This document shows positions 22,647-32,277 of a stretch of 64,000 nucleotides of DNA, in pieces (within the stretch, counting starts at the first letter, position 1; each line of letters starts with the position of its first letter). The notes under the pieces were generated by a model. It saw only the letters and a list, made by a program, of their open reading frames with translations. It was not told the DNA's origin and did not search any database. Source of the stretch: Actinobacteria bacterium UBA7524 (GTDB lineage Bacteria; Actinomycetota; Coriobacteriia; Anaerosomatales; UBA912); contig DLMY01000009.1 of assembly GCA_002478275.1 (NCBI GenBank), forward strand, positions 18,991 through 82,990, written 5' to 3'. The position numbers were made by a program, and so were the translations under genes.

Positions 22647-24647
22647 ATGTCTCGTGACGAGAGATTCCATAGTCGCGGCGGATCCAGCCGCACGTTACCG
22701 CGTGTCCTTCTCGTCACGTCAGTACTTCTGGCCGTCGCGTGTTCGGTCGGGCCCGCACGCAGCCCGGCGGCTCCGGAAGCCGTGACAGGCCCCGTTTCGC
22801 CGGTGACCGTCGATCTCGGACCGGTATCGCTGCCGGTCGATGGGGCCTTCACCATCAAGGTGAGCGTGGAGGTGAATGAACCCGCCACGTACTTCGAGTC
22901 GCGCGTCCAGATACGCCGGCCGGCCGGAAGCCTTCTGTATCAGAAGACCGAGGTCCGCAGCGATCTGGCGACCGGCACCATCGATATCGCGTATGCCCGG
23001 GAACTCGCCGACCTCGACCTTTCACCAGGCATCTACCCCGTGCAAGTCCGCGTCAGGACCGACACGGGAACCGTCAACGAATGGATCGTGGAAGACAGGC
23101 TACTGCTCCACGACCCGTCGGACACCCCGACACCGCTGGCGATGATCGTGAAGATCGCCGCGACACCCGCGACAGACGCCAACGGGCGCTTCGTGGTCGA
23201 ACCGTCAGCGACCTCCCACGTACGGCAGCAGGCCGAGGAGGTCGCAAGCCTGGTGATCGACAACCCTGGTGCTCGATTGACCCTCGCCATACCCCCTCTG
23301 CTCCTGGAGGAGTGGCTGAAAGCGAGCCAGGGCTACTCTGTCGCCAGGGACGATGGAGCCGCAGAGGTCCCCGCAGACGACCCTATCGCGCTCGCGCACG
23401 CGAACACCCTGGAATTGCTGAAACGGGCACTTGCCACCGGGCGCCTCGAGCTGCTGACCGTGCCCTACGCCGAACCGGATATCGGGGCGCTCGCCCGAAC
23501 CGACCGCACGATCGACCTGGGCGACCATTACATGCGCGCGGTCTCGGGCTACCTGGCGACACTGGAGACCACACCAGTCGCCGGTACCGCACTGCCCGGA
23601 GACACGCTGCCCGCCAGCGCCCGTGCGCTCCTGACCGAGAGAGGCATCTCGTTCGCCGCTCTCCATCCCCGAAGCCTCGCGTCGTTCGAAGCGACGCCTT
23701 CGTCGGGGACCTACCGCGCGGACGGGCTCGACGTGCTGCTGATCGACACGGATGCGTCTGCGGCGATCGAAGCGGGGGACCCGGATCTCATGGTCGAGCG
23801 TCTCTTCGCGCGCCACGTGTCCGATGAAGCGTCCGCCCCTTTGATCGTAGCCGTCGACCTGGGTCCTGGCCGACCCGCACGCGCTTCAACGGTCACCGAG
23901 GTCGCCAGGATGCTGCGCTCCGCACGATGGACACAACCCGTCACCGCCTCGGATTGCACACGGGACGAACCGCCCGCCACACTCGAGTTGACCGCATCGG
24001 TCTCCCCGGGACCCGGAGCACCACCCGGCTACTGGGAGGAAGTCGCCGACGCCCGACGGTACTCCTCGGCGTTCCTGAACGCCGTCGGGGTCAACGACCC
24101 GGATGCCCAGGCCGCAAACGATGCCTCTCTCATATCCCAGAGCAGCCTGTGGTCGGGACCCGACGGAAGCTGGGCGATGGCGGATCGCGGGCGAGCGTTC
24201 GCTGCGGCGGCCAAGCGCTCCTCGGCCGCGGTTCTCGACTCCATCGGCATCAGCGCGCCGGACATAACCCTTTCCTCGACGACTGGCGAGGTTCCCGTCT
24301 CCGTCACCAACGGCTCGGACAAGAACCTCGAGCTCACCATCTACGCCCAGGGTGACGGTATCCTGCTGCCCGAGCCGCGACAGACGGTGCGGATCAGGCC
24401 ACAGGAGAACTTCGTGACCGTACCGGTCGACCTGCAGTCCTCGCTATCGGGGAACCTCAGGGTGCAGATCCTCGCTGACGACGTGCTCCTCGCCGAGACT
24501 GCCAGCCAAGTCCACGCATCCTACCTCGATAGGCTGGTCGTCGTCGGGGGCGTGGCGGTCGTGTTGGTAGGAATCCTGCTATTCATACGTCACCGGCTAC
24601 GCGAAAGCCCGCGGGCTGGTACCATTACCGAGCAGGAAGACGTGTAG
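22647..24647 (+). CDS. DUF6049-like actinobacterial exported/membrane protein
   Basis: N-terminal signal, VPYAEPD, ITLSSTTGEVPVSVTN, C-terminal TM followed by basic residues. Confidence 0.7.
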   Translation: MSRDERFHSRGGSSRTLPRVLLVTSVLLAVACSVGPARSPAAPEAVTGPVSPVTVDLGPVSLPVDGAFTIKVSVEVNEPATYFESRVQIRRPAGSLLYQKTEVRSDLATGTIDIAYARELADLDLSPGIYPVQVRVRTDTGTVNEWIVEDRLLLHDPSDTPTPLAMIVKIAATPATDANGRFVVEPSATSHVRQQAEEVASLVIDNPGARLTLAIPPLLLEEWLKASQGYSVARDDGAAEVPADDPIALAHANTLELLKRALATGRLELLTVPYAEPDIGALARTDRTIDLGDHYMRAVSGYLATLETTPVAGTALPGDTLPASARALLTERGISFAALHPRSLASFEATPSSGTYRADGLDVLLIDTDASAAIEAGDPDLMVERLFARHVSDEASAPLIVAVDLGPGRPARASTVTEVARMLRSARWTQPVTASDCTRDEPPATLELTASVSPGPGAPPGYWEEVADARRYSSAFLNAVGVNDPDAQAANDASLISQSSLWSGPDGSWAMADRGRAFAAAAKRSSAAVLDSIGISAPDITLSSTTGEVPVSVTNGSDKNLELTIYAQGDGILLPEPRQTVRIRPQENFVTVPVDLQSSLSGNLRVQILADDVLLAETASQVHASYLDRLVVVGGVAVVLVGILLFIRHRLRESPRAGTITEQEDV

Positions 24648-24679
24648 GCGCACGTCACCATAGCACTAAGGTGGACCGC

Positions 24680-25036
24680 ATGAAACGCATCGTGACGATA
24701 GTGCTCGTGGCCGCAGTGGCCCTGACGCTCATCAACGACATCGGAAACTACATAAGAACGGCCTACAGGGTCGATGAGCTCGCCCTGGAGACGGCGCGCG
24801 TCGCGTCGCAGCGCAACCTCACGCGCAGCCAGAACGCAGCGGCTGCCGCGCGATATGCCGCGGAGCACGGGGCGACCGTCTTCGCCTTCGATCAGAACGA
24901 GACCGCCGTACGGGCGTATCTGCAGATGCCCGTCACCGGCACATGGGTCACCGCCCGGCTCTATGGTCTACTGGCCGGTGATTCGTCCGAGAACCCGCTG
25001 ACGGTCAGAGCGGACCGGGGCACGGCCCTCAAGTGA
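24680..25036 (+). CDS. Small TadE/TadG-like membrane protein
   Basis: N-terminal hydrophobic helix then DIG...DELALETARVAS. Confidence 0.55.
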   Translation: MKRIVTIVLVAAVALTLINDIGNYIRTAYRVDELALETARVASQRNLTRSQNAAAAARYAAEHGATVFAFDQNETAVRAYLQMPVTGTWVTARLYGLLAGDSSENPLTVRADRGTALK

Positions 25037-25064
25037 ACCTGATGTCCTCGAACCGGAGCAGTGT

Positions 25065-26192
25065 ATGCGAACGATAGTGCTCGATACGAATGTGCTTCTG
25101 GCTGATCCAGGAATCCTGTTCAGCTTCCCTGACGCTACTCTGGTCATTCCTGAGACGGTGCTCGGGGAGCTCGACAAGCTCAAGACCTCACGAGTCGACC
25201 CCGATCTGCGCTTCCGTGGCCGAGAGGTCAGCCGGATGCTGTTCGAACTCTCGGAACAAGGCAGCCTGGTCGAGGGTGTGGAACTGCCGGACGGGGGTTC
25301 GCTCAGGGTCGCACCACTCGACCCGGACGTCAGCCTTCCAGAAGGGCTGAACGGCCGCAACGCGGATGACCGCATCCTCGCGGTCGCGATACTCACGTGC
25401 CAGGAGGATTGTGAGGACCTCACGCTTGTCACCAACGACCTGAACATGCTCCTCAAGGCGCAGGCGTTCGGTCTGTCGGTGGAGCGGCATGGTGACGGCA
25501 CCGAAGGGGGCTTCGCGCGGCGTTACATCATCAGGCCTTTCCAGCGCTACAAGATCCCTCTTGGGATCCTCGCCGTCGCCGTCGCGGTGTTCGCCGCCGT
25601 GCTTGTCCTCGCCTTCTATGGATCTCGGTTGTTCGCTCCGGCCACAAGTGCTGTACCCGAAGAATTCCTGCAGCTGATGAGTACCGAGCAACGTGCCGTG
25701 CTCGAAGACCTGCAAGTCCTGGCCGACAACCCGCACGACACGCAGGCATTGCTGGACATGGCCAACTTCTACTACGGGCTCAGGGAACAGACCGGCGATC
25801 TGAGATGGGGGCGTCAGGCGATCCGCTACTACGAGCGCTACCTTGCGATCGACCCTCAGGACGTGAACGCCCGCACAGATATGGCCGTACAGCTCTACCT
25901 GATAGGGCAGTCCGACAGGGCGATACAGGAAGTCTCGGCGGCGCTTGAGATAGAACCCACACACGTCAACGCCAACTACAACCTCGGCGTGTTCTACTGG
26001 AAGGCCCGCAAAGACTATCCTGGGGCCGAAGCTCAATTCCTCAGAATACTGGATCTCACGAGTACCGCCCCGGACGCACCGGATCACGCGGTACGCCAGC
26101 AGGCGCTCGCGAGCCTGGAGCAGCTACGCGCCGAGGCAGACGCAGCGGGAGTACCTTTATCGACGGAGACGACGCAGGGAGGCACGTTCTAG
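25065..26192 (+). CDS. PIN-domain (PhoH-type) + TM + TPR protein
   Basis: VLDTNVLL, GELDKLK, NADDRIL, LVTNDLN; single TM; TPR-like repeats. Confidence 0.8.
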   Translation: MRTIVLDTNVLLADPGILFSFPDATLVIPETVLGELDKLKTSRVDPDLRFRGREVSRMLFELSEQGSLVEGVELPDGGSLRVAPLDPDVSLPEGLNGRNADDRILAVAILTCQEDCEDLTLVTNDLNMLLKAQAFGLSVERHGDGTEGGFARRYIIRPFQRYKIPLGILAVAVAVFAAVLVLAFYGSRLFAPATSAVPEEFLQLMSTEQRAVLEDLQVLADNPHDTQALLDMANFYYGLREQTGDLRWGRQAIRYYERYLAIDPQDVNARTDMAVQLYLIGQSDRAIQEVSAALEIEPTHVNANYNLGVFYWKARKDYPGAEAQFLRILDLTSTAPDAPDHAVRQQALASLEQLRAEADAAGVPLSTETTQGGTF

Positions 26193-26196
26193 CCAT

Positions 26197-27135
26197 ATGG
26201 AGAACATCGACATCGCCATAGTGGGCGCCGGACCTGCCGGCCTGACCGCAGCACTGTATGCCGCCCGAGCGCGAGCCAGGACGGTCGCGTTCGAACAGGG
26301 CATCCCCGGCGGTCAGATCGTGACCACGGACTGGGTCGAGAACTACCCTGGGTTCCCCAACGGCATATCAGGTCAGGCACTCGGTGACCTGATGCTCGCA
26401 CAAGCCGAGGAGTTCGGTGCGGACGTCAAGCCTTTCTGCTCGATCACCAGGATCGAGCCGGACGATCTCGACTTCATCCTGACCACCTCCGAGGAGGAGC
26501 GCTACAAGGCGCATGCGGTCATACTCGCCACCGGGGCGGTGCCTCGCAAGCTCGGGGTGCCTGGTGAGGTCGAATACACGGGCCGCGGAGTGTCCTGGTG
26601 CGCCACATGTGACGGGGCGCTGTTCAAGGACAAGACCGTCTGCGTGGTCGGAGGCGGGGATGCCGCGATCGAAGAAGCGCTGTTCCTCACTAAGTTCGCA
26701 TCGAAGGTCCACGTGATCCACCGCAGGGACGAGCTGCGAGCGACCAAGTGCATCCAGGAGCGCTGCCTTGCCCACGACAAGATCGAGGTCCAGTGGAGCA
26801 GGGCAGTGCGAGAGATCAAGGGCGAGAACGGCAGGGTCGTGGGCGTGGACCTCATCTCGACCAAAGGTGAACCCGGATTCTACCTTCCCGTCGAAGGGGT
26901 CTTCATCTTCGTGGGCGTGAATCCCGTGAACGAGTTGGCCCAGGACCTCGTCGACATGAGCGATAACGGGTACATCACAATAGACCACGACGGCCGAACC
27001 TCATGGCCGGGTCTCTATGCCGCAGGAGACGTGACCGATTCGAGCCTCAAGCAAGTGGTCACCGCGGCAGCCAAGGGCGCTTCGGCGGCGTTCGAGGCTT
27101 TGAGGTACATAGATGAGAGAGTCTGCTCCATCTGA
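26197..27135 (+). CDS. trxB: Thioredoxin-disulfide reductase
   Basis: GAGPAG, GVSWCATCDG, GGGDAA, HRRDELRA. Confidence 0.95.
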   Translation: MENIDIAIVGAGPAGLTAALYAARARARTVAFEQGIPGGQIVTTDWVENYPGFPNGISGQALGDLMLAQAEEFGADVKPFCSITRIEPDDLDFILTTSEEERYKAHAVILATGAVPRKLGVPGEVEYTGRGVSWCATCDGALFKDKTVCVVGGGDAAIEEALFLTKFASKVHVIHRRDELRATKCIQERCLAHDKIEVQWSRAVREIKGENGRVVGVDLISTKGEPGFYLPVEGVFIFVGVNPVNELAQDLVDMSDNGYITIDHDGRTSWPGLYAAGDVTDSSLKQVVTAAAKGASAAFEALRYIDERVCSI

Positions 27136-27169
27136 CGGCGACGCCGTACGGCGAAGGGAGTCATCCATC

Positions 27170-27496
27170 ATGGGAGATATCGTTCAGGTCACGGATGCCA
27201 GCTTCGACACCGATGTCATCGGTAGTCCAACACCGGTGATACTCGACTTCTGGGCGCCATGGTGTGGCCCGTGCCGGATGATGGAGCCCGTGCTCAAGGA
27301 GATCGCCGAGGAATACGGCGAGAAGCTGACCGTCGCCAAGCTCAATGTGGACGAAAACCCCGGCACCGCCACGAAGTACGACATCCTCTCGATACCGAGC
27401 CTGTTGGTCTTCGCGAACGGCGAGATGACCAAGAAACTGGTAGGGGCTATGCCCAAGAAGCGCCTTCTGGAAGAGCTTGCCCCCTGGATCGGATGA
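27170..27496 (+). CDS. trxA: Thioredoxin
   Basis: DFWAPWCGPC; ATG 27170. Confidence 0.95.
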   Translation: MGDIVQVTDASFDTDVIGSPTPVILDFWAPWCGPCRMMEPVLKEIAEEYGEKLTVAKLNVDENPGTATKYDILSIPSLLVFANGEMTKKLVGAMPKKRLLEELAPWIG

Positions 27497-27565
27497 CACT
27501 CACTTCCTGGCCTTTCCGTCAGGGGTGACGCGGCACCGGCCAGGGCAACGACACGGAGGGTTTCC

Positions 27566-27811
27566 ATGTGTGAGAAAGGCGTCAATCCGGACCAGATGCG
27601 GATGATGGTCGCGCAAGTCGATGACTCATTGGCCATGGCCCAGCAGTGGCTCGAGCAGATCCACCACCTGGCGGACCACGCCGGGCTGCACGATGGCAGC
27701 GTGCTGGTTGCGCAGACCACGGTTCTCCTCGGCGAAGCCAGGGCAAGACTGGAGTCCGCCGGGAATGAGATGGCCTCCCCCGACGACGGCGTCACCGTAG
27801 AGCGTGTCTAG
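27566..27811 (+). CDS. Hypothetical small helical protein
   Basis: RBS GGAGG; fills the intergenic space. Confidence 0.55.
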   Translation: MCEKGVNPDQMRMMVAQVDDSLAMAQQWLEQIHHLADHAGLHDGSVLVAQTTVLLGEARARLESAGNEMASPDDGVTVERV

Positions 27812-27856
27812 CTTCCGGTGGACCCGCGGAACGGTCGGGGTATTCCCGGTTCGCAC

Positions 27857-27865
27857 TGATACAAT
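27857..27865 (+). promoter_or_regulatory. Extended -10 promoter, probably giving a leaderless mRNA
   Basis: TGaTACAAT 6 nt before GTG 27872; no SD. Confidence 0.55.
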
Positions 27866-27871
27866 CGAAGC

Positions 27872-28522
27872 GTGAAGAAATCCCGCCAGATAAAGCACAC
27901 GCTGCACAAGCGCGACTCGGAGACGGCTCCCCTTTATTTCGAGTGCCCAAAGTGCGGTTTCCTGACCGCCGACGAACGTTTCGGAGCAGACCAGATCCTC
28001 TGTCCGGTATGCTCCGCCCATGGCGACGGACGGCGCACCTTCCCGCCAGAACGTCTGCGGCGCCTCGACACCCGGATCCGCAAGTACCAGAGGGACGGCG
28101 AGCACGAGATCGTCGTCATCCTGGTCGAGACGTTCCTGGAGTCCATCCTGGAAGACATCATCGACCGTATCCTGACCGCTCGCGGCGCGGACGTGACCGT
28201 GCGCGAGGTCGTGCTGGACGGCCAGCGCGCGATAGGGGCCCGGATAGGCAGGCTCTTCCCTCACCTGACCGGAGAGGTCTTCGAGGATGCCGCGTCCGAA
28301 CTGGGATACCGGGACTTCCCCCGACGATGGCGGGACCTGCGCTCGGCACGCAACGCCTTCATCCACGACTCCCCGTTCCGGGGGCCTCAAGAGTCCCTGA
28401 CCGCGCGGGACGGAATCACGGCGATGGAGCTCCTCGACCAGGCGTACGAGCTGTTCGTGCTGCTCAACAACCGTTTTGTCGCGCATGAGAAGCCCGATGT
28501 GCCCTTCTGCGAACGAGGCTGA
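27872..28522 (+). CDS. Zn-ribbon + HEPN-like domain protein
   Basis: CPKC..CPVC; VETFLESIL helix; RNAFIH (RxxxxH). Confidence 0.65.
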   Translation: MKKSRQIKHTLHKRDSETAPLYFECPKCGFLTADERFGADQILCPVCSAHGDGRRTFPPERLRRLDTRIRKYQRDGEHEIVVILVETFLESILEDIIDRILTARGADVTVREVVLDGQRAIGARIGRLFPHLTGEVFEDAASELGYRDFPRRWRDLRSARNAFIHDSPFRGPQESLTARDGITAMELLDQAYELFVLLNNRFVAHEKPDVPFCERG

Positions 28523-30896
28523 CGCCCACCGCGCAGTCCTGCTGCACGTGACCGGCGTCGTTCAGGGTGTCGGATTCCGTCCGCACGTCCACAACCTCGC
28601 GACGAGACTTGGATTGACCGGCTGGGTCCTCAACTCGAGCGAGGGCGTCTCGTGCTTCGTCCAGGGTCCCGCCTCCGCGGTCGGATACTTCATAGAGAAG
28701 CTCGTGAGCGAAGCCCCGCCTGTGGCGGTGATCGATTCGCTCACCGCCACCGAGAGCATGCCGGAGCCCCTCTCCGGTTTCGAGATCCGTGAGTCGAAGC
28801 GCCTGGACGGTGCGATGACGCTCGTCTCACCCGACATCGCCACCTGCGACAGGTGTGTCGCCGAGCTACGCGACCCTGGAGACCGGCGATTCCATTACCC
28901 CTTCATCAACTGCACGAACTGCGGTCCGCGGTTCACAATCATCGATGACGTGCCCTACGACCGTCCCACGACGACGATGCGCGACTTCCCGATGTGCCCC
29001 GAGTGCGCCGAGGAATACGCCGACCCCGCTGACAGGCGCTTTCACGCACAACCCGATGCTTGCTTCGCTTGTGGACCCCGGCTGTACCTCAACGTCAACG
29101 GCGAACCGGACGCGGAGGCCGGGGAGAGCGCGCGAGCCGGGACGGGATTCACCTGGCATCCGGGACTGGAGCAGGTCCCACGGCCTCACCGGGATGTCCA
29201 CGCCGAGAGGGAGCGCAGCGACGCGATCCTGGCCCAGGCTGCGCTGCTGCTCAAAGGTGGACGCATCCTGGCGGTCAAGGGACTCGGGGGGTTCCACCTT
29301 GCCTGCGACGCGACCGACGAGCGAAACGTTTCCCTGCTGCGGCAGCGCAAGAACCGTTGGGGCAAGCCTCTCGCGGTCATGATGCGCGATGTGGAGGAGG
29401 TCCGGACGTACTGTGAGGTCGACCCGCAGGAGGAAGCTCTGCTCACCGGTAGTGCACGCCCGATCGTACTGGTGCGCAAACGCATCGACCCCCCTGCCTC
29501 GCTGGCTCGCTCGGTCAGCGGCGACCTGCCCGAACTCGGCATCATGCTCCCCTACACACCTCTCCACCACCGCCTGCTCGACGCTGCCGGAGTGCCGCTC
29601 GTGATGACTTCCGGCAATCTGTCCGAGGAACCCATCGCTGCGAACAACCAGGAAGCCCTTGAGAGGCTCGCCCGGATCGCCGACGCCTTCTTGCTGCACG
29701 ACAGGGAGATACGTTCGAGATACGACGACAGCGTCATGCGCGTGATCGGCGGGACACAGGTACCGGTCCGCCGGGCCCGCAGCTACGCCCCATACCCCCT
29801 GGCCATGCCGCATCCCGCTGCCCGTCAGATTCTCGCAGTCGGACCCGAGCAGAAGAACACGTTCACTCTCGCCCACGGGGAGCACGCCTTCGTCTCCCAA
29901 CACATCGGCGACCTGGACGATCGCGAGACCCTCGCGCACTTCGAAGACACGATCGCGCTGTACGGGCGCCTGTTCCGGATCGAGCCCGAGCTGCTGGCTC
30001 ACGACATGCACCCCGAGTACCTCTCCACCAAGTACGCGCTCGCATCAGATCTGCCCAGGACAGCGGTCCAACACCACCACGCCCACATCGCGTCTGTCAC
30101 CGCTGAGCACGGGATCGACGGTCCAGTCGCCGGAATCGCCTTCGACGGCACCGGCTTCGGCACCGACGGCAGCATATGGGGCGGCGAGGTGCTGCTTGCA
30201 GACCACCGGGGATTCGAGCGGTTCGCGCACCTCGCCTACGTGCCGATGCCCGGCGGCTCGGCGGCGATCCGACGGCCGGCGCGGATGGCGATAGGCACGC
30301 TGCACGCCCTCGGGCTCCTCGACCACCCTGGCGTGGACCCGCTCCGGGCACGCCTGAAGGAGAACGAGGAGACGACACTGCTGGCCATGCTGGACCAGGG
30401 GATCAACAGCCCGTTGACCTCCAGCATGGGCCGGCTGTTCGACACCGTTGCGGCGGTGACGGGGCTGCGTGACGAAGCGGGATACGAAGGAGAGGCCGCC
30501 ATCGAGCTTGAGGCACACGCCGACCCGTCGGCCGTAGGTGCCTACGCGTTCGAGACGGCGATGCGGGACGGGGTGCGGATCATCGACCCGAGTCCGGTTC
30601 TCCTCGGCGTGCTTGATGATATCGAGTCCGGTGCGTCGCTTGCGGAGATGTCGATGCGCTTCCATCGGGCGGTGGTGAACGCTATAGTCGAGCTCGGATG
30701 CGCTGCGGCCCGCGAGACGGACAGCCCGCATGTGGCACTGGCGGGCGGCGTGTTCATGAACCGCATCGTGCTGGAGGGTGCGGTGACGGCTCTGGCCTCA
30801 GTGGGATGTACGCCGCTTGTGCACGTACGACTGCCGATGAACGACGGAGCCATCTCGTACGGGCAGGCCGTGATAGCCGAAGCGCTCAGCAGATAG
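28497..30896 (+). CDS. hypF: Carbamoyltransferase HypF
   Basis: GVVQGVGFRP, Zn fingers, RRFHAQP, QHHHAH, NDGAISYGQ; start 28485 or 28497. Confidence 0.95.
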   Translation: MCPSANEADAHRAVLLHVTGVVQGVGFRPHVHNLATRLGLTGWVLNSSEGVSCFVQGPASAVGYFIEKLVSEAPPVAVIDSLTATESMPEPLSGFEIRESKRLDGAMTLVSPDIATCDRCVAELRDPGDRRFHYPFINCTNCGPRFTIIDDVPYDRPTTTMRDFPMCPECAEEYADPADRRFHAQPDACFACGPRLYLNVNGEPDAEAGESARAGTGFTWHPGLEQVPRPHRDVHAERERSDAILAQAALLLKGGRILAVKGLGGFHLACDATDERNVSLLRQRKNRWGKPLAVMMRDVEEVRTYCEVDPQEEALLTGSARPIVLVRKRIDPPASLARSVSGDLPELGIMLPYTPLHHRLLDAAGVPLVMTSGNLSEEPIAANNQEALERLARIADAFLLHDREIRSRYDDSVMRVIGGTQVPVRRARSYAPYPLAMPHPAARQILAVGPEQKNTFTLAHGEHAFVSQHIGDLDDRETLAHFEDTIALYGRLFRIEPELLAHDMHPEYLSTKYALASDLPRTAVQHHHAHIASVTAEHGIDGPVAGIAFDGTGFGTDGSIWGGEVLLADHRGFERFAHLAYVPMPGGSAAIRRPARMAIGTLHALGLLDHPGVDPLRARLKENEETTLLAMLDQGINSPLTSSMGRLFDTVAAVTGLRDEAGYEGEAAIELEAHADPSAVGAYAFETAMRDGVRIIDPSPVLLGVLDDIESGASLAEMSMRFHRAVVNAIVELGCAAARETDSPHVALAGGVFMNRIVLEGAVTALASVGCTPLVHVRLPMNDGAISYGQAVIAEALSR

Positions 30897-30926
30897 GCCG
30901 CGGACCCGAGAAGGAGGAACGAGGAC

Positions 30927-31178
30927 ATGTGCCTCGCGATACCCGCACAGATCACCTCGATCGAGGCGAACAACATGGCCAAGGTCGATATCCTCGGCGT
31001 GATCAGGCACGTCAGCGTGGACCTGGTCCCGGAGGCTAAGCCCGGGGACTGGGTGCTCGTGCACGCCGGCTTCGCGATCCAGGTCGTCGACGAGGAGTAC
31101 GCCGCCGAGACACTGCAGATCCTGCGCGACATCAACGTGATCGATACGGACCTCGAACCGGCCGCCGGGGAGAGCTGA
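30927..31178 (+). CDS. hypC: Hydrogenase maturation chaperone HypC
   Basis: MCLAIP, GDWVLVHAGFA. Confidence 0.95.
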   Translation: MCLAIPAQITSIEANNMAKVDILGVIRHVSVDLVPEAKPGDWVLVHAGFAIQVVDEEYAAETLQILRDINVIDTDLEPAAGES

Positions 31179-31179
31179 C

Positions 31180-32277
31180 GTGGACCTTTCCGGCTTCAGG
31201 GACCCCGGCATCGCGCGCGGGATCATCGAAGCGCTCGCGGAGACAGCGACCACACCCGTCAAGTTCATGGAGGTCTGCGGCACGCACACCGTAGCGATAG
31301 CCAAGCACGGCCTTCGTGGCGTGATGCCGGAGGCGATCACGCTGCTCTCGGGCCCGGGATGCCCTGTGTGCGTCACGAGCAACCGCGACATCGACACCGC
31401 CATCGAGTTCGCGCGGCGGCCGAACGTGATACTCGCGACCTTCGGCGACATGATGAAGGTGCCCGGCTCGCACTCCTCGCTCTCGGCGGAGAAGGCGCAG
31501 GGGCGCGACGTGCGCATCGTCTACTCCCCTCTCGACGCGCTCGACATCGCCGAGGAGAACCCGGACCGCCATGTCGTCTTCGTGGGCGTCGGCTTCGAGA
31601 CGACCGTGCCCGTGATCGCGGTCGCGATCGAACACGCGATGCGCCGCGACATCGACAACTTCAGCGTCTTCTCGGCGCACAAGACGGTGCCCGAGGCGCT
31701 GCGCGCACTCGTCAACGATCCCGAGGTCGCGGTGGGCGGCTTCATCCTCCCCGGCCACGTCTCGACGATCATCGGTACCGGACCCTACGGCTTCCTCGCC
31801 GAGGAGTACGGTGTGCCCAGCGTCATCACAGGATTCGAACCTGTGGACGTGCTGCAGGGCATCCTGATGCTCACCAAGCAGGTAGCCGAAGGACGCGCGG
31901 AGGTCGAGGTCGCCTACACCCGCGCGGTGCCGACGCAAGGCAACCCCGTCGCGGTGGCGAAGATCGCGCAGGTGTTCGAGGCGGTCGACGCCGAATGGCG
32001 CGGCATCGGCACGATCCCCGGAACCGGGCTTGCGATCCGGGAGACCTACGCGCACTGCGACGCCGAGCTGCGGGTGCCGGTCACACCGCCGGAGCCGAAA
32101 GAGATCGCGGGCTGTCAGTGCGGCGAAGTGCTCCGGGGCGTGACGCTGCCCTTCGAGTGCAGGCTGTTCGCACGTGCGTGCACACCGGAGCACCCTGTCG
32201 GCCCGTGCATGGTCTCCTCGGAAGGATCCTGCGCGGCATATCACCGGTTCACCGACTACGGGAAGGCGGGCCGATGA
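31180..32277 (+). CDS. hypD: Hydrogenase maturation protein HypD
   Basis: MEVCGTHT, GPGCPVC, GFETT, PGHVS, GPCMVSSEG. Confidence 0.96.
   Translation: MDLSGFRDPGIARGIIEALAETATTPVKFMEVCGTHTVAIAKHGLRGVMPEAITLLSGPGCPVCVTSNRDIDTAIEFARRPNVILATFGDMMKVPGSHSSLSAEKAQGRDVRIVYSPLDALDIAEENPDRHVVFVGVGFETTVPVIAVAIEHAMRRDIDNFSVFSAHKTVPEALRALVNDPEVAVGGFILPGHVSTIIGTGPYGFLAEEYGVPSVITGFEPVDVLQGILMLTKQVAEGRAEVEVAYTRAVPTQGNPVAVAKIAQVFEAVDAEWRGIGTIPGTGLAIRETYAHCDAELRVPVTPPEPKEIAGCQCGEVLRGVTLPFECRLFARACTPEHPVGPCMVSSEGSCAAYHRFTDYGKAGR

Noticed and set aside
27124..27160. TrxB ends C-S-I-TGA followed by a GC hairpin, resembling a C-terminal CxxU selenocysteine
   Set aside because: TrxB is already full length with CATC; readthrough would run out of frame through trxA; the hairpin abuts the UGA, unlike a SECIS
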